A stretch of DNA of 64,000 nucleotides, taken from Cloacimonetes bacterium SCGC AAA252-N17 (GTDB lineage Bacteria; Cloacimonadota; Cloacimonadia; JGIOTU-2). Where the stretch lies: assembly GCA_000404785.1 (NCBI GenBank), contig ASNI01000005.1, positions 9,914-73,913 on the forward strand. Direction: 5' to 3'. Below, piece after piece: positions 10,407 to 21,600 of the stretch. Under the pieces are notes generated by a model. The model made no database searches, was not told the DNA's origin, and was given only the letters and a program-made list of their open reading frames with translations. Both the position numbers and the translations under genes were made by a program. Numbering within the stretch: position 1 is the stretch's first letter; every line of letters begins with the position of its first letter.

Positions 10407-11308
10407 TGAGCTTACTGATCGTTGGTTCCATCGCACTTGATAGTATTGAAAATCATTACGGAAAAGTGCATGATGTTCTTGGTGGTTCCGCAGTTTATTC
10501 ATCAGTTTCAGCAAGTTTTCTTTATGATAAAGTAGCCATAATCGGGGTGGTTGGTCAGGATTTCCCGAAAGAGCACATAGAATTTTTGGAAAAGTATGGT
10601 GTAAACACTGCAGCTCTGCATTTTGAAAAAGGAAAAACCTTTCGCTGGAGAGGGCGCTACATCAATCTTAATCAAGCGATCACGCTGGAAACCCACTTGA
10701 ATGTCTTCGAAAATTTCAATCCGATCATTCCTGAAGACCTTCGTGATTCCCCCTTTGTTTTACTTGGAAATATCGATCCGGAAATACAGCTTAATGTGAT
10801 CGCACAGATGAAAAAACCCAAAATTATTGCTGCTGATACGATGAATTACTGGATTATTAAGAAACTTGATAAACTGATGGAAATGCTTCAGCATATAGAC
10901 ATTCTTTTTATTAATGATGAAGAGATCCGCTTACTCACTCAGGAGCACTATTTATATGATGCCTCACAGAAGATACTCACTTACGGACCAAAGATCGTGG
11001 TAGTCAAAAAGGGTGAACACGGCATGATGATCGTGAAAAAGAATTTCTATTTCTTTGCTCCGGGCTATCCGCTCAAAAAGGTTATGGACACGACCGGGGC
11101 AGGAGATTGCTTCTCCGGCGGTTTCATGGGTTATCTTGCTTCCAGTAAAACGCTCAATGACAAAACCCTGAAACAGGCAGCCATCATGGGAACGATCACT
11201 TCTGCATTCAATGTTGAGGGATTTAGTTTGAATGCTCTAAAAAAACTTTCTAAAGAAAAAATAATAACACGCTTTAACAAGCTCAAAAAATATACACAGT
11301 TTGAATAA
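10406..11308 (+). CDS. PfkB-family carbohydrate/nucleoside kinase
   Basis: N-terminal IVGSIALDSI...GGSAVYSS and C-terminal DTTGAGDCFSGGFMGYL (PfkB signature 2). Confidence 0.8.
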   Translation: MSLLIVGSIALDSIENHYGKVHDVLGGSAVYSSVSASFLYDKVAIIGVVGQDFPKEHIEFLEKYGVNTAALHFEKGKTFRWRGRYINLNQAITLETHLNVFENFNPIIPEDLRDSPFVLLGNIDPEIQLNVIAQMKKPKIIAADTMNYWIIKKLDKLMEMLQHIDILFINDEEIRLLTQEHYLYDASQKILTYGPKIVVVKKGEHGMMIVKKNFYFFAPGYPLKKVMDTTGAGDCFSGGFMGYLASSKTLNDKTLKQAAIMGTITSAFNVEGFSLNALKKLSKEKIITRFNKLKKYTQFE

Positions 11309-12327
11309 TGAAAGAAAAAATGGATTACAAGAAAGCAGGCGTTGATATCAGCGCAGGGGAAAAAGCTGTTGATCTGATAAAGCCACTCGCAAAAAGCACC
11401 TTTTCACAAAGTGTTGTAATGGATATCGGTTCCTTTGGCTCGCTATTCAAACTAGATCTGTCCAAATGGAAGCAACCAATATTGGTCTCAAGTACAGATA
11501 GTGTCGGCACAAAAGTGAAGGTTGCAAATCTGGCACAAAAATGGGACACTGTCGGACAGGATATTGTGAATCACTGTGTGAATGATATCCTCACTCAAGG
11601 TGCATACCCGCTTTTTTTTCTTGATTATATCGGCATTGGAAAGGTCATTCCTCGGCATGTCGAAGAAATTGTTAAGGGTATTGCTCTTGCATGTAGGGAA
11701 AATGACTGTGCACTTATCGGTGGAGAACTGGCAGAAATGCCGTCTCTTTATCAAAAGGATGATTTTGACCTTGTCGGTACAATTGTGGGCTGTGTTGATG
11801 AAAAGAATACAATCTCGGGTAAGACGATTTCCGAAGGAGATATGCTGCTTGGATTTTCTTCAACAGGACTTCACACGAACGGCTACACTCTGGCACGAAA
11901 GATCGTGTTTGATCTGCTTAAGCTCAAACCGGATTCTTATATAGATGAATTAGGAAAACCAGTTGCTGAAGCGCTCCTCGCAGTGCACAAATCCTATTAT
12001 CCGATCCTTAAACCGTTTATTGACCGGCATGTTATTAAAGGACTTGCCCATATCACAGGTGGTGGAATACCTGGAAATCTCAAACGCATTATTCCTGATG
12101 GAATTTCAGCTATAGTTAAGAAAGATTCGTGGAATATTCCCCCTCTCTTCAAACTTCTTCAGCAGGGCGGGCAAGTTGAAGAAAACGAGATGTACAGAGC
12201 ATTCAATATGGGAATCGGCATGATCGCTGTAGTCACCGAAAAAAATGCTAATCAAATGCTAAATCAAACCGACGCAAAGGTGATCGGTACTATCATAAAA
12301 GGTAAGCAGAAAGTGGTTCTGCAATAA
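11308..12327 (+). CDS. purM: Phosphoribosylformylglycinamidine cyclo-ligase (AIR synthetase)
   Basis: YKKAGVDISAGE..., STDSVGTKVKVA, DIVNHCVNDIL and GGELAEMP are typical PurM motifs. TAATG overlaps on both sides. Confidence 0.9.
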   Translation: MKEKMDYKKAGVDISAGEKAVDLIKPLAKSTFSQSVVMDIGSFGSLFKLDLSKWKQPILVSSTDSVGTKVKVANLAQKWDTVGQDIVNHCVNDILTQGAYPLFFLDYIGIGKVIPRHVEEIVKGIALACRENDCALIGGELAEMPSLYQKDDFDLVGTIVGCVDEKNTISGKTISEGDMLLGFSSTGLHTNGYTLARKIVFDLLKLKPDSYIDELGKPVAEALLAVHKSYYPILKPFIDRHVIKGLAHITGGGIPGNLKRIIPDGISAIVKKDSWNIPPLFKLLQQGGQVEENEMYRAFNMGIGMIAVVTEKNANQMLNQTDAKVIGTIIKGKQKVVLQ

Positions 12328-13136
12328 TGATGGAAACTTGGCGTTTTATTAATTCCGGTAAACTCAAGCCCCATGAAAACATGGCTATGGACGAGGCAAT
12401 TTTATTCGGAATTATCAATAAAAATAACCCTCCTGCAATTCGTGTATATGATTGGGACCCGCCGACAGTTTCTTTTGGGTATCATCAAAAGATAAAAGAG
12501 CATATTCTGCTGGACAAGGTAAAAGAGTATGGTTTTGGACTTGTACGCAGACCGACCGGTGGCAGAGCCGTGCTCCATTATGATGAGGTTACCTATGCAG
12601 TTATCTCGCGCATTGATGGAATCCTTGCCGGCTCAGTTCTGGAATCCTATCAAAAAATAGGGAAAGTCCTTCTTGCAACACTTCACGAAATCGGTATTGA
12701 TGCAACAATGCAGGACAGTATGCCCCCTGAAAAGGAGCAGAAAAACTGGGTCAACCCTTGTTTTACAAGCGCATCAAAATATGAGATAAATTATCGGGGT
12801 AGTAAAATAATTGGCAGCGCTCAAATCCGTAAAGGAAATGCCTTTCTTCAGCATGGTTCAATATTATTTAATCATAATCAGGAACTGATGGCAGAACTGA
12901 TGCCTACTAAAAGTAATAAAGAAAAAGAAACAATAAAAAAATTATTATCACGGAAAACTGTTGCTATTAATGATCTTATTGCGAATTCGCTTACGTTTAA
13001 TGAGTTTGTAAATATCTTAAAGAGTAATTTCCAAAAGCATTTTGGAATTTCCTTCTCGACAAACGGGGATTTGACCCCCTACGAGAAGCATTTGTACGAA
13101 GGTTTCAGAAATAAGTATTATTTTGATGAAATGTAA
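12327..13136 (+). CDS. Lipoate-protein ligase / octanoyltransferase family protein (BPL/LPL catalytic domain)
   Basis: RRPTGGRAVLHYDEVTYAVI and GSKIIGSAQIRKGNAFLQHGSIL (catalytic Lys context) are typical of the LplA/LipM family. Confidence 0.75.
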   Translation: MMETWRFINSGKLKPHENMAMDEAILFGIINKNNPPAIRVYDWDPPTVSFGYHQKIKEHILLDKVKEYGFGLVRRPTGGRAVLHYDEVTYAVISRIDGILAGSVLESYQKIGKVLLATLHEIGIDATMQDSMPPEKEQKNWVNPCFTSASKYEINYRGSKIIGSAQIRKGNAFLQHGSILFNHNQELMAELMPTKSNKEKETIKKLLSRKTVAINDLIANSLTFNEFVNILKSNFQKHFGISFSTNGDLTPYEKHLYEGFRNKYYFDEM

Positions 13137-13237
13137 AATTTTATTGATTTATAAAAAAGTTGACATATGTTTTGACCCACATGAAATTAGCCACGTGTCT
13201 TAGTACCTAAGACCAATTTCTTATGAAGGGAGATGCT

Positions 13238-16200
13238 ATGAAAAGGTACGTATTTGCTTTTACATTCGTTGTGCTTTTTCTCATAGTAGCCGTGCTCCGT
13301 GCAGGTACGACAGGTAAACTTGCAGGCCGTGTTACTGATGTAGATTCAGGAGAGCCCGTTATTGGTGCAAATGTGATCATTATTGAGAAACAGATGGGTG
13401 CGTCCACAGACGACAGAGGTCGTTTTATGGTAATAAATATTCCTCCCGGCATCTATCAGATCAAAGCATTTAGAATGGGATATCAGGCAGTCACTGTTAC
13501 GGATGTCAGGATCAATCTTGATTTGACAACTACACTGAACTTTGAACTCAAAAGTACTGATACTCAAATCGAAGGTATCACCGTGAGAGCACAGCAGAAA
13601 CTTGTTGAAAAGGACATCACAGGTTCAGAGAAGATCATTACCGCTGAAGACATTGAACAAATGCCAGTGCAGTCCATTCAGGAAATCGTTGCTGTTACTG
13701 CAGGTGCCGTCGGTTCCGGAGAAAATCTCCACATCAGAGGAGGTCGTTCAGGTGAGGTTGTGTATACTGTTGACGGTATGTCCGTTTCAAATCCTGTCGA
13801 TCATGGGTTTGGAATGCAGCTCGATATGGACGCTGTAGGAGACATGTCGGTTCAGACAGGTGGCTTTACCGCAGAATTCGGTAATGCACAATCGGCTATT
13901 ATTAATCTTATTACCAAGTCCGGTGGTCCTGATTATTCAGGTAAATTTGAAGTAAGTTCAGACCACATCTTTGATGAAGGAAATAATGAAGACAATGTCA
14001 AATTCTCTTTGGGCGGACCCATTATTCCTGCCGGTTCACAGCATCAAAGAGATAGATTTACTTTCTATTTAAATGCTACCGGTTCATGGACGGATGGTCG
14101 ATACAAAGATTATTATGCACTCGAGGAAGATAATCCTTTATACGAACCATTGGGACAATTATCTCATTTTAGCTTTGGAGACTCCTTGTACTACTTCAAT
14201 CAAATCAATTCTCTTACAGAAAAAAGAGACAAAGTATGGTTGTTTGATGTTGGTGATAGGTATGTGAACAACTATCAAGTAAACTTTAAAACAAAATTCC
14301 AGGTCAGCCCTACTGTTAAATTAACTGCTGCAGTTCGAGGTGACAGAGAAACCAATCTCCCCTTTGGATACTTAAATAGATTGTCACTTCAATATATGGA
14401 TCACTGGACTACCGAGCATAATCAATTGGCATTCACGTGGGATCATACACTCTCACCAAAAATGTTCTACACAATCCGTGCAAGCAGATTTGCCACAGAT
14501 ATTGACCTTAATTCCGGTGTGGACAGAGATTGGTATTTTGAAGCACAAAATACTGATTGGAACAGTCCTACATGGATTGAGGATCCAATCCAAAATAATT
14601 TTGGTGTTCACATTCCCGGGGCACAAGTAAATGAAATTGTCAAATATCGTGATCAGTTCAATGATGAGCAAAATATTCCATTTTTTTCCAATCCGGGATC
14701 TCATGCTGGTAATTTCTGGAAAGACCAGACTATTACTTATACACTTCGAAGTGATTTCACCTATCAGATCAATGAAATTCACCAGGTAAAAACCGGTCTT
14801 GAAATTAAATTTAATGAGATTTATAAGGATCGTTTAACAAATCCCTGGGAAATTGACGATGCGAAACGATTACCGAATTATCTTAGAGGTAAGGACGTTG
14901 ATACAACCGGCATGGGAATACCTGTCGATTCTCTGGCGTTCTATGGTTATCTTGGTTGGGGTGGCAAAATATATACCGAAGAAGATTTCCAGGATGGCGT
15001 TCATTTTGCAGGTGGCACAATTGATGGCTATAAAGCATATCCATGGCAGGGTGCCTATTATCTGCAGGATAAAATGGAATGGGAAGGAATGATCGTTAAT
15101 TTCGGTATGCGTTTTGACTTCTGGTATCTTGGAGAGAAATATCAGGTGACAAGTGATACCACTGGTGAATATGTCGATGCACAGTGGGATAAAGTTACTT
15201 TTATCGTTGATGATGGTAGCGGCGGATTTATGACCAAAACTGAAAAAGTGAATAAATTCCAGATAATGGTCAGTCCTCGTTTAGGTGTTTCTCATCCTAT
15301 CACAGAAAAAGATGTGTTACACTTTGCCTATAACTACCAGAGCCAGCTTCCTCCAATGCAGTATGTGTTCACAAGCGCAACTCCTGAAGCCGGACAGGTT
15401 GGCACGAACGTTGGTAATCCAAACCTTAAACCCGAAACAACCATTACGTATGAGGTTGGTGTCGAGCATCAGATGGGTGAAGATTATCTTCTCGACGTAA
15501 CACTTTTCTACAAGAATATTTATAACCTTGTAAGTGTCCTAGATAATGATTATGCATTACTGCCAGGTGACAGCGCAGAGGTAGGGAGACAATACTGGCT
15601 ATATATTTCTGAAGATTACGGGAGCGCTCGTGGTGTAGAATTAACCCTTCGCAAACGCTTTAGTAATTTCTGGGGTTTTAATGTTGGTTACACCTATTCA
15701 TGGGCAAATGGACGTAATTCCGGAGCACATGAAGCTCGCGATAACCTTCGCGAATTCCCTCTTACATGGGATATTCGTCATAATGCTTCTGTGAGTTTAG
15801 ATTTCAGGATTCCTGAAGATGAAGAATTTTATCTCCTTGGTTTAAAGATGCCTGACAAATTCTATACAAGCTTGCTTTGGAGAATTCAATCCGGCGCTCC
15901 ATACACACCTGTTACACCTGATCCTGACAGTAATGTCCAGTTAGAAACGAACTCAGTCAGACTTCCCTGGACAAATTCTGCAGACATGAGGGTCAGCAAG
16001 TCATTCAACCTCTTTGGAGATACACAATTCAGTATCTTCGTTAATATATCAAATTTATTTAATACATTAAATATCAATTATGTTGATAGTAAAACTGGTG
16101 AGACACAGGATAAAGGAACCCTGACCTATTGGGATACCTATGATTTGAACCACGACGGCAAAATTGTAGGACCACCGGAGGGTAATGAAGATCCCACTGG

Positions 16201-16288
16201 CGCTGCAATTTATCTTGCCGGTCTGTCCAATCCCAACATTTATTCCGCAGGTCGTAGAATTTCCTTAGGTGTTAAATTTGAATGGTAA
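13238..16288 (+). CDS. TonB-dependent outer-membrane receptor with N-terminal carboxypeptidase-regulatory-like domain
   Basis: Signal peptide, then GKLAGRVTDVDSGEPVIGANVII...GRFMVINIPPGIYQIKAFRMGYQ (CarbopepD_reg). A plug region follows (ITAEDIEQMPVQSIQEIV...LHIRGGRSGEVVYTVDGMSV...GGFTAEFGNAQSAIINLITKSG), and a long barrel ends in ...GVKFEW. AAGGGAGA lies before ATG 13238. Confidence 0.85.
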   Translation: MKRYVFAFTFVVLFLIVAVLRAGTTGKLAGRVTDVDSGEPVIGANVIIIEKQMGASTDDRGRFMVINIPPGIYQIKAFRMGYQAVTVTDVRINLDLTTTLNFELKSTDTQIEGITVRAQQKLVEKDITGSEKIITAEDIEQMPVQSIQEIVAVTAGAVGSGENLHIRGGRSGEVVYTVDGMSVSNPVDHGFGMQLDMDAVGDMSVQTGGFTAEFGNAQSAIINLITKSGGPDYSGKFEVSSDHIFDEGNNEDNVKFSLGGPIIPAGSQHQRDRFTFYLNATGSWTDGRYKDYYALEEDNPLYEPLGQLSHFSFGDSLYYFNQINSLTEKRDKVWLFDVGDRYVNNYQVNFKTKFQVSPTVKLTAAVRGDRETNLPFGYLNRLSLQYMDHWTTEHNQLAFTWDHTLSPKMFYTIRASRFATDIDLNSGVDRDWYFEAQNTDWNSPTWIEDPIQNNFGVHIPGAQVNEIVKYRDQFNDEQNIPFFSNPGSHAGNFWKDQTITYTLRSDFTYQINEIHQVKTGLEIKFNEIYKDRLTNPWEIDDAKRLPNYLRGKDVDTTGMGIPVDSLAFYGYLGWGGKIYTEEDFQDGVHFAGGTIDGYKAYPWQGAYYLQDKMEWEGMIVNFGMRFDFWYLGEKYQVTSDTTGEYVDAQWDKVTFIVDDGSGGFMTKTEKVNKFQIMVSPRLGVSHPITEKDVLHFAYNYQSQLPPMQYVFTSATPEAGQVGTNVGNPNLKPETTITYEVGVEHQMGEDYLLDVTLFYKNIYNLVSVLDNDYALLPGDSAEVGRQYWLYISEDYGSARGVELTLRKRFSNFWGFNVGYTYSWANGRNSGAHEARDNLREFPLTWDIRHNASVSLDFRIPEDEEFYLLGLKMPDKFYTSLLWRIQSGAPYTPVTPDPDSNVQLETNSVRLPWTNSADMRVSKSFNLFGDTQFSIFVNISNLFNTLNINYVDSKTGETQDKGTLTYWDTYDLNHDGKIVGPPEGNEDPTGAAIYLAGLSNPNIYSAGRRISLGVKFEW

Positions 16289-16308
16289 AAATCAAGGAGG
16301 ATATACAA

Positions 16309-17115
16309 GTGTATACCAATAAGAAATTCAGAATTCTATTCCTGTCATTATTAATTGCTGGCATCTTTGTTGGCAACCTGTGCGCACAGGAAGCAGTGAC
16401 AGCTGAAGACACAACAACTATCGTTGAAGAAGAAGTAGTTGTAGAAGTTGGAGGAACAACCCAGGCTGGAGGTATTGAAGCCCTCGCTCGCAAAATTGTC
16501 GGAAGCGGCTTAGTTGACCTCTTCATCAAGGGTGGCTGGGTTATGTACCCGATGCTCATTTTGGTTATCTGGGCATTAGCTACTTCAATTTGGAAGATCA
16601 TTTCCCTTCGTTATGCAAAAATTTCTGTCCACGATTTCTCGGAAAAGCTTCTCCCTTTAGTAAAAGAAAAAAAATTCGATGAAGCAATAGAATTGTGTGC
16701 AAAGACCCGTGGTCCCGTAGCCAGTGTGATCCATGCCGGATTGCTGAAAGTTGACCAGGGACCAGAGATGGTGGAAAAAGCAGTTGAACATGCTGCAATT
16801 CTTGAGATGTCTTTCCTTGAAAAAGGGCTTATTGCTCTGGCTACAACCATTAACCTTGCACCTATGCTTGGTTTCTTGGGAACAGTTGTTGGTATGATCC
16901 AGGCATTTGAAGCTATCGCAGCCGCAGGTGAAGTCGAACCTACTATTGTGGCAAGTGGTATCTCAGTTGCTTTGATTACCACCGCTTCAGGTTTGGCTGT
17001 TGCTATCCCAATTCAGTTATTCAATAACTTCTTTGTTTCAATTATTGATGGCTTGATCATAGATATGCAAACAGGTTCAGAAAAATTTATCGAAACCTTA
17101 ATGGAAGCTAAATAA
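16309..17115 (+). CDS. exbB: MotA/TolQ/ExbB proton-channel family protein
   Basis: C-terminal core ...LATTINLAPMLGFLGTVVGMIQAFEAIA...GISVALITTASGLAVAIP. AAGGAGG lies 7 nt before GTG 16309. The N-terminus has a signal-like segment plus an acidic extension. Confidence 0.85.
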   Translation: MYTNKKFRILFLSLLIAGIFVGNLCAQEAVTAEDTTTIVEEEVVVEVGGTTQAGGIEALARKIVGSGLVDLFIKGGWVMYPMLILVIWALATSIWKIISLRYAKISVHDFSEKLLPLVKEKKFDEAIELCAKTRGPVASVIHAGLLKVDQGPEMVEKAVEHAAILEMSFLEKGLIALATTINLAPMLGFLGTVVGMIQAFEAIAAAGEVEPTIVASGISVALITTASGLAVAIPIQLFNNFFVSIIDGLIIDMQTGSEKFIETLMEAK

Positions 17116-17137
17116 CAATGCGAGGAATTGAGTTAGC

Positions 17138-17551
17138 ATGAATATTGTAAAAGCAAAAAAACCACGTCTCAACCCTAAGATTCCGACATCCTCAATGGCT
17201 GATGTGGCCTTTCTTTTGCTTGTCTTTTTCCTTGTTACTACAAAATTTGATGTGAAAGAAGGACTTGGCTTGATACTTCCTCCGCACACCGAATCAGGTG
17301 GTAAAATAGTAAAGATCAAGCAGGAAAACCTTACAAAGATCAAGGTGAATAGAAGAGGGGATATTGCTGTTGACGATGTGATTGTCACTCCTGCAGAACT
17401 TGAACGTATTGTAAACGAGAAAATTGTTGCGAATCCCAAAATGGTATTTGTGCTTGAAGCTGACAGAAGAGCTAAATACGAAATGATGGTGCGCGCACTC
17501 GATAGATTGCTCGCTGCTGGTGCGCAAACCGTATCACTTTCTACCAGATAA
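17138..17551 (+). CDS. exbD: ExbD/TolR biopolymer transport protein (copy 1)
   Basis: PTSSMADVAFLLLVFFLVTT followed by a periplasmic domain, 137 aa. Confidence 0.85.
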   Translation: MNIVKAKKPRLNPKIPTSSMADVAFLLLVFFLVTTKFDVKEGLGLILPPHTESGGKIVKIKQENLTKIKVNRRGDIAVDDVIVTPAELERIVNEKIVANPKMVFVLEADRRAKYEMMVRALDRLLAAGAQTVSLSTR

Positions 17552-17559
17552 GAGGACCT

Positions 17560-17967
17560 ATGGCAAAAATAGTAAGAAAAACAAAGATCGCTTCTGAAAT
17601 ACCTAATGCTTCAATGTCCGATATTGCCTTTCTACTGCTGATATTCTTTATGGTTTCCACCACCTTTGTAAAAGAAAAAGGTCTTAAAGTCAATCTTCCC
17701 CGCGCACAAACCGTTCAGAAGATCAACAGACAAAATGCAGCTACTATTTATGTCAGCCGTTCAGGTCTTATCTCTATTGATGATTTTGCAACACAGGTCG
17801 ATCAGATCCAACTCGTAATGCAAAGTAAGCTGGCAGAAAATCCTTCGATTATCACCTGTTTTCGAACTGATAAAGATACTGAGTACGGAATAATGGTAGA
17901 TGTGATGAACGAGCTTAAAAGGGCAAATGCTTTGAGGATCTCCTTTGAAGCACGGAAATTTAGGTAA
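17560..17967 (+). CDS. exbD: ExbD/TolR biopolymer transport protein (copy 2)
   Basis: PNASMSDIAFLLLIFFMVSTTF...VNLP, 135 aa, paralogous to the preceding gene. Confidence 0.85.
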   Translation: MAKIVRKTKIASEIPNASMSDIAFLLLIFFMVSTTFVKEKGLKVNLPRAQTVQKINRQNAATIYVSRSGLISIDDFATQVDQIQLVMQSKLAENPSIITCFRTDKDTEYGIMVDVMNELKRANALRISFEARKFR

Positions 17968-17998
17968 CGTAACATAAATAAACTAAAGATTTTATATT

Positions 17999-18637
17999 AT
18001 GCAAAATAAATCTGCTAATACTCAGTATGATTGGAAAGACGTAGCGAGTTCTTTTTATGAGAAATCATTATCCCTCGCCCTTCTTTTGCTACTTTTCGCA
18101 TTTTTGGTGTTCCCAAAGATCGAAGTGAAGCCCTATCAACATAAAGCAAAAGAGATCCAAACCATTGAGATACCACCTGAAGTGCGACAGAAATTCAAAC
18201 CTCCGGAAGAAGTAAAACCTATCATTCCATTGACTATCGAAGAAAGTGACATGAGTGATGATGAAGATATCGAAGAGATTGAAACTATCGGACCCACTAC
18301 CATTGATACAAGCTTACCACCCCCTGTTTCCAGAGAAGGTACTACTCCAAAATTTGTTGTTCACGAAGAAGCACCTATTCCGATGAAAAAAGTAGAACCC
18401 GAATATCCTCAGTTTGCCAAAAATGCAGGTATAGAAGGTACTGTAACTCTTCGAGCAGAGGTTTTTGAGGACGGTAATGTTGGTGCTGTCGAGATTGTTA
18501 AAAGTCTGCAATCAGGTCCCGGCGGTCTTGACGAAGCAGCAATTCTGGCAGTCAAACAATGGAAATTTATCCCTGCAAAAAATCAGGGAAAACCTGTCGC
18601 AGTCTGGGTAACTTTTCCAATCAAATTTGAACTATAA
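17999..18637 (+). CDS. tonB: Energy transducer TonB
   Basis: N-terminal TM helix, a Pro/Glu/Lys-rich linker (IEIPPEVRQKFKPPEEVKPIIP) and a TonB C-terminal domain (KKVEPEYPQFAKNAGIEGTVTLRAEV...GNV..VEIVKS...LDEAAILAVKQWKFIPA). Confidence 0.8.
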   Translation: MQNKSANTQYDWKDVASSFYEKSLSLALLLLLFAFLVFPKIEVKPYQHKAKEIQTIEIPPEVRQKFKPPEEVKPIIPLTIEESDMSDDEDIEEIETIGPTTIDTSLPPPVSREGTTPKFVVHEEAPIPMKKVEPEYPQFAKNAGIEGTVTLRAEVFEDGNVGAVEIVKSLQSGPGGLDEAAILAVKQWKFIPAKNQGKPVAVWVTFPIKFEL

Positions 18638-18685
18638 AATTGTCATATGAAAAATAAAAATTTAATGAAGAAAGTAGGAGGTAAT

Positions 18686-21600
18686 ATGCGCTCAAAAATT
18701 GGTTTCCTGCCTGTTTTTCTGGTAGTTCTCCTCATGCTGATGCTCTCAAGTACTTTTCTTTGGGGTCGATCTGTAAATGGTGGCTCCGGCGCAGATAAAA
18801 GACTTGATATCACTTGCTATCACGATGTTGGAAACATATGGTTGCGAGTTAGTAATTATGGTTTCTTTGGATCCGGTGATGACGCATTACCGCAATGGCC
18901 CTCCCTGGAATATCCGGGAGGATCCGGTATTGACTATCTCTACCAGGGCGCTTTGTGGTTCGGCGCTTGTAAACAACGCAGAAATGACTTTGGTGATAAG
19001 CTGTACTGGCAAGACGCTGCACAAGAAACAACAGGAACGACCCCTTCGGAATATGGGAGGGTTATTGATACTCTCGTCTCTGTCGGCTTTGACGGTGATG
19101 ATGATATGTACGAATTTCTACCTGCATATAACCAACTTGAAGAAAATGCTCTTGGATATATTTATGATCTCTATAACCTGAAGGATGATGTTATCGAATC
19201 ATCTATTCGCGACCAGAAACCAGGTGAAGATGATGATGGTGATGGTAAGATCGATGAAGATCCTGCCGGCTTTGCATTTCCATACAGAAGCACAGTACCT
19301 TCACAGTTCAGCACTTTTTTACCTGGTGATAATGAGTTCAGAGGCGTAGTAGAGAGGATGCAATGTGAGCCGGCTGAAATTCTTTCATACCCTGATATCT
19401 GGTTCCCACTCGGTTTCCTGAAGTTGGGATATGAGGATCCGGACAGTATATACAACTTTGCTCAGGCGCAGGATGATGACAATGACGGTCTTCGTGATGA
19501 GGACGGATATCCGATCTCAGAGCAGGATTTTCTAGGTTATTATTATGATTACAGTCCCTTCGACACTCCCGGTGAAAGAGTATGGGGTACCCATTGGTCA
19601 AGTCAGGATCACAGACCACTTAACGTACGTGTACGCCAGGTTAGCTTTCAATGGAGCTATGAATATATCAAAAATTTGGTTTATATTGAATTTGATATTA
19701 CAAATATGAATACTAATCCCGATCCTGAAAAAGAGGACACTCTGTTCGACTGTGCTATGGGAATTTATATGGATTGTGACGTAGGTCCTCAATCATGGAG
19801 CGCACAACCACGTGCTAGTGAGGATATAAGCAGCTATGTTCCAGGTGAAGGATATGAGTTTGCCTACACTTATGACGCCGATAAGGATGGAGGACTCACT
19901 ACGGGTTACGTTGGTGCACGTGTGTGTACTCCCGATCCTGATCAGTTAGAGTTTGCATGCTGGACATGGGAAGTTGGTGACGGTCCTAAAGATGGTGTTC
20001 TTAATGAAGAAAAAAATGAAAAATACTGGCTTTTAACCGATAGAAATCCAAGAACAGGCGATACGTATACCTCCCTTCGTGATGATCCGAACGCTCAAGT
20101 TAATGACCCCTTTGACACGCGTTTTTTATTTGCATTCTACGGGGGTGGTAATGGATTTTATGAACCTGCGGATTCAACCAATTGGAACCTTAAACCCGGC
20201 GAAACAATGAAAATTGTTATTGCCGTATTCCCCGGTGATGATGTTGAAGAACTCAAAAGAACTGCGGTTTGGTCTAAAACGCTTTATGGAGAAGCCCAAA
20301 CTCTTACAACAGTGGTGCTCCCCGATACCTTTAAACACTATGAAGCACCGGGCCCACCAGATATTCCCAATATGACTCTCGACCAATCTCAAAATGGTGA
20401 TACTATATTCGTGTACTGGGATAACAGATCCGAATTCACTGTTGATATAATGACCCTCACACGGGAATTTGTCGGCTGGCAGAACACAAACTCCGATTTG
20501 GACAGCTATATTGATAAATATGATGAGCAGTTAGATCATTATGGATATTTCCCTGATGATTTTGTTCCTAAATATGATTCCCAAGGTCAGCTTATTCAAA
20601 ACATAAATGCAAAAGTTAACCCGTGGACAGGTTTCAGATTACGTCATGATTTCCAGGGCTACTCACTCTGGAAAGCTTCCAATTCCGGTGAACAGGATGC
20701 CTATATGAGAATGGACCGCTGGGATAAAATCGATACACCTCAAGATATGAGAGACTATGATGTCTGTATGAATTTACCCGATACAACTATGCATGTATAT
20801 TATGGCGGTCAACTCGGCATTAATAATGGAATTCCCATGGAATATATTGTAAGCTCGGACTCAACAGAAAACATTATCTATACTGCGGACAGCACTGTGT
20901 ATTGGACTGACTACTATTATCTTGATTCACTCTATTCTTTTGTAGATATTGCTGTTGGCAATAAAGTTTATGGAATTCCGCTTTATAATGTCCTGGATAG
21001 CGCTGATGTTGATCCTATTTATGCTCCTCCTCCCCCACTTACAGAAAATGAAAAGCAGGAAAACGCGCTTCTTTTCAAAAATCCTGTAATAAATGATGAA
21101 CTCTATCTCGATCTCTATGATGATAAATTGATCCCATTACCAGGGCATCTTGGTCAGGCACATCCTGAAGGATTGCTCGAGTTGAAAAAGAACAGACTTT
21201 CACGCAGATATTACATTAGTGAAATACTCTATCCCGAAAAGGGTGTAGAAAACTATATTGCAGTCACCTCCTTTGACAGAGGAATTCCTTCACATAACCT
21301 TCAAGCTCTTGAATCAGGTAAAGATGGAAATCGAATAACGATCTTTGCCGGTCCATCTGCCGCTTCTAATCTCGAAAATATCTATGTCGTACCTAATCCA
21401 TATCTCGGACAAAGCAAGTTCGATGGACGTCGCGACAAAGATCAAACAGGTGATAGAAGCAAACGTATCTGGTTTGTGAATCTTCCTGAAAAATGCACTA
21501 TCAAGATATATACACTTGCGGGTGACCTTGTCGATGAAATTGAACACAGCGGAACTTCCACAGTAGATGTGATAAATCCGAGTAAAGCAACTCATACCGG

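Noticed and set aside
10014-10514. 166-aa minus-strand ORF spanning the aspC/pfkB junction
   Set aside because: It overlaps three well-supported + strand genes in antisense and has no recognisable features.
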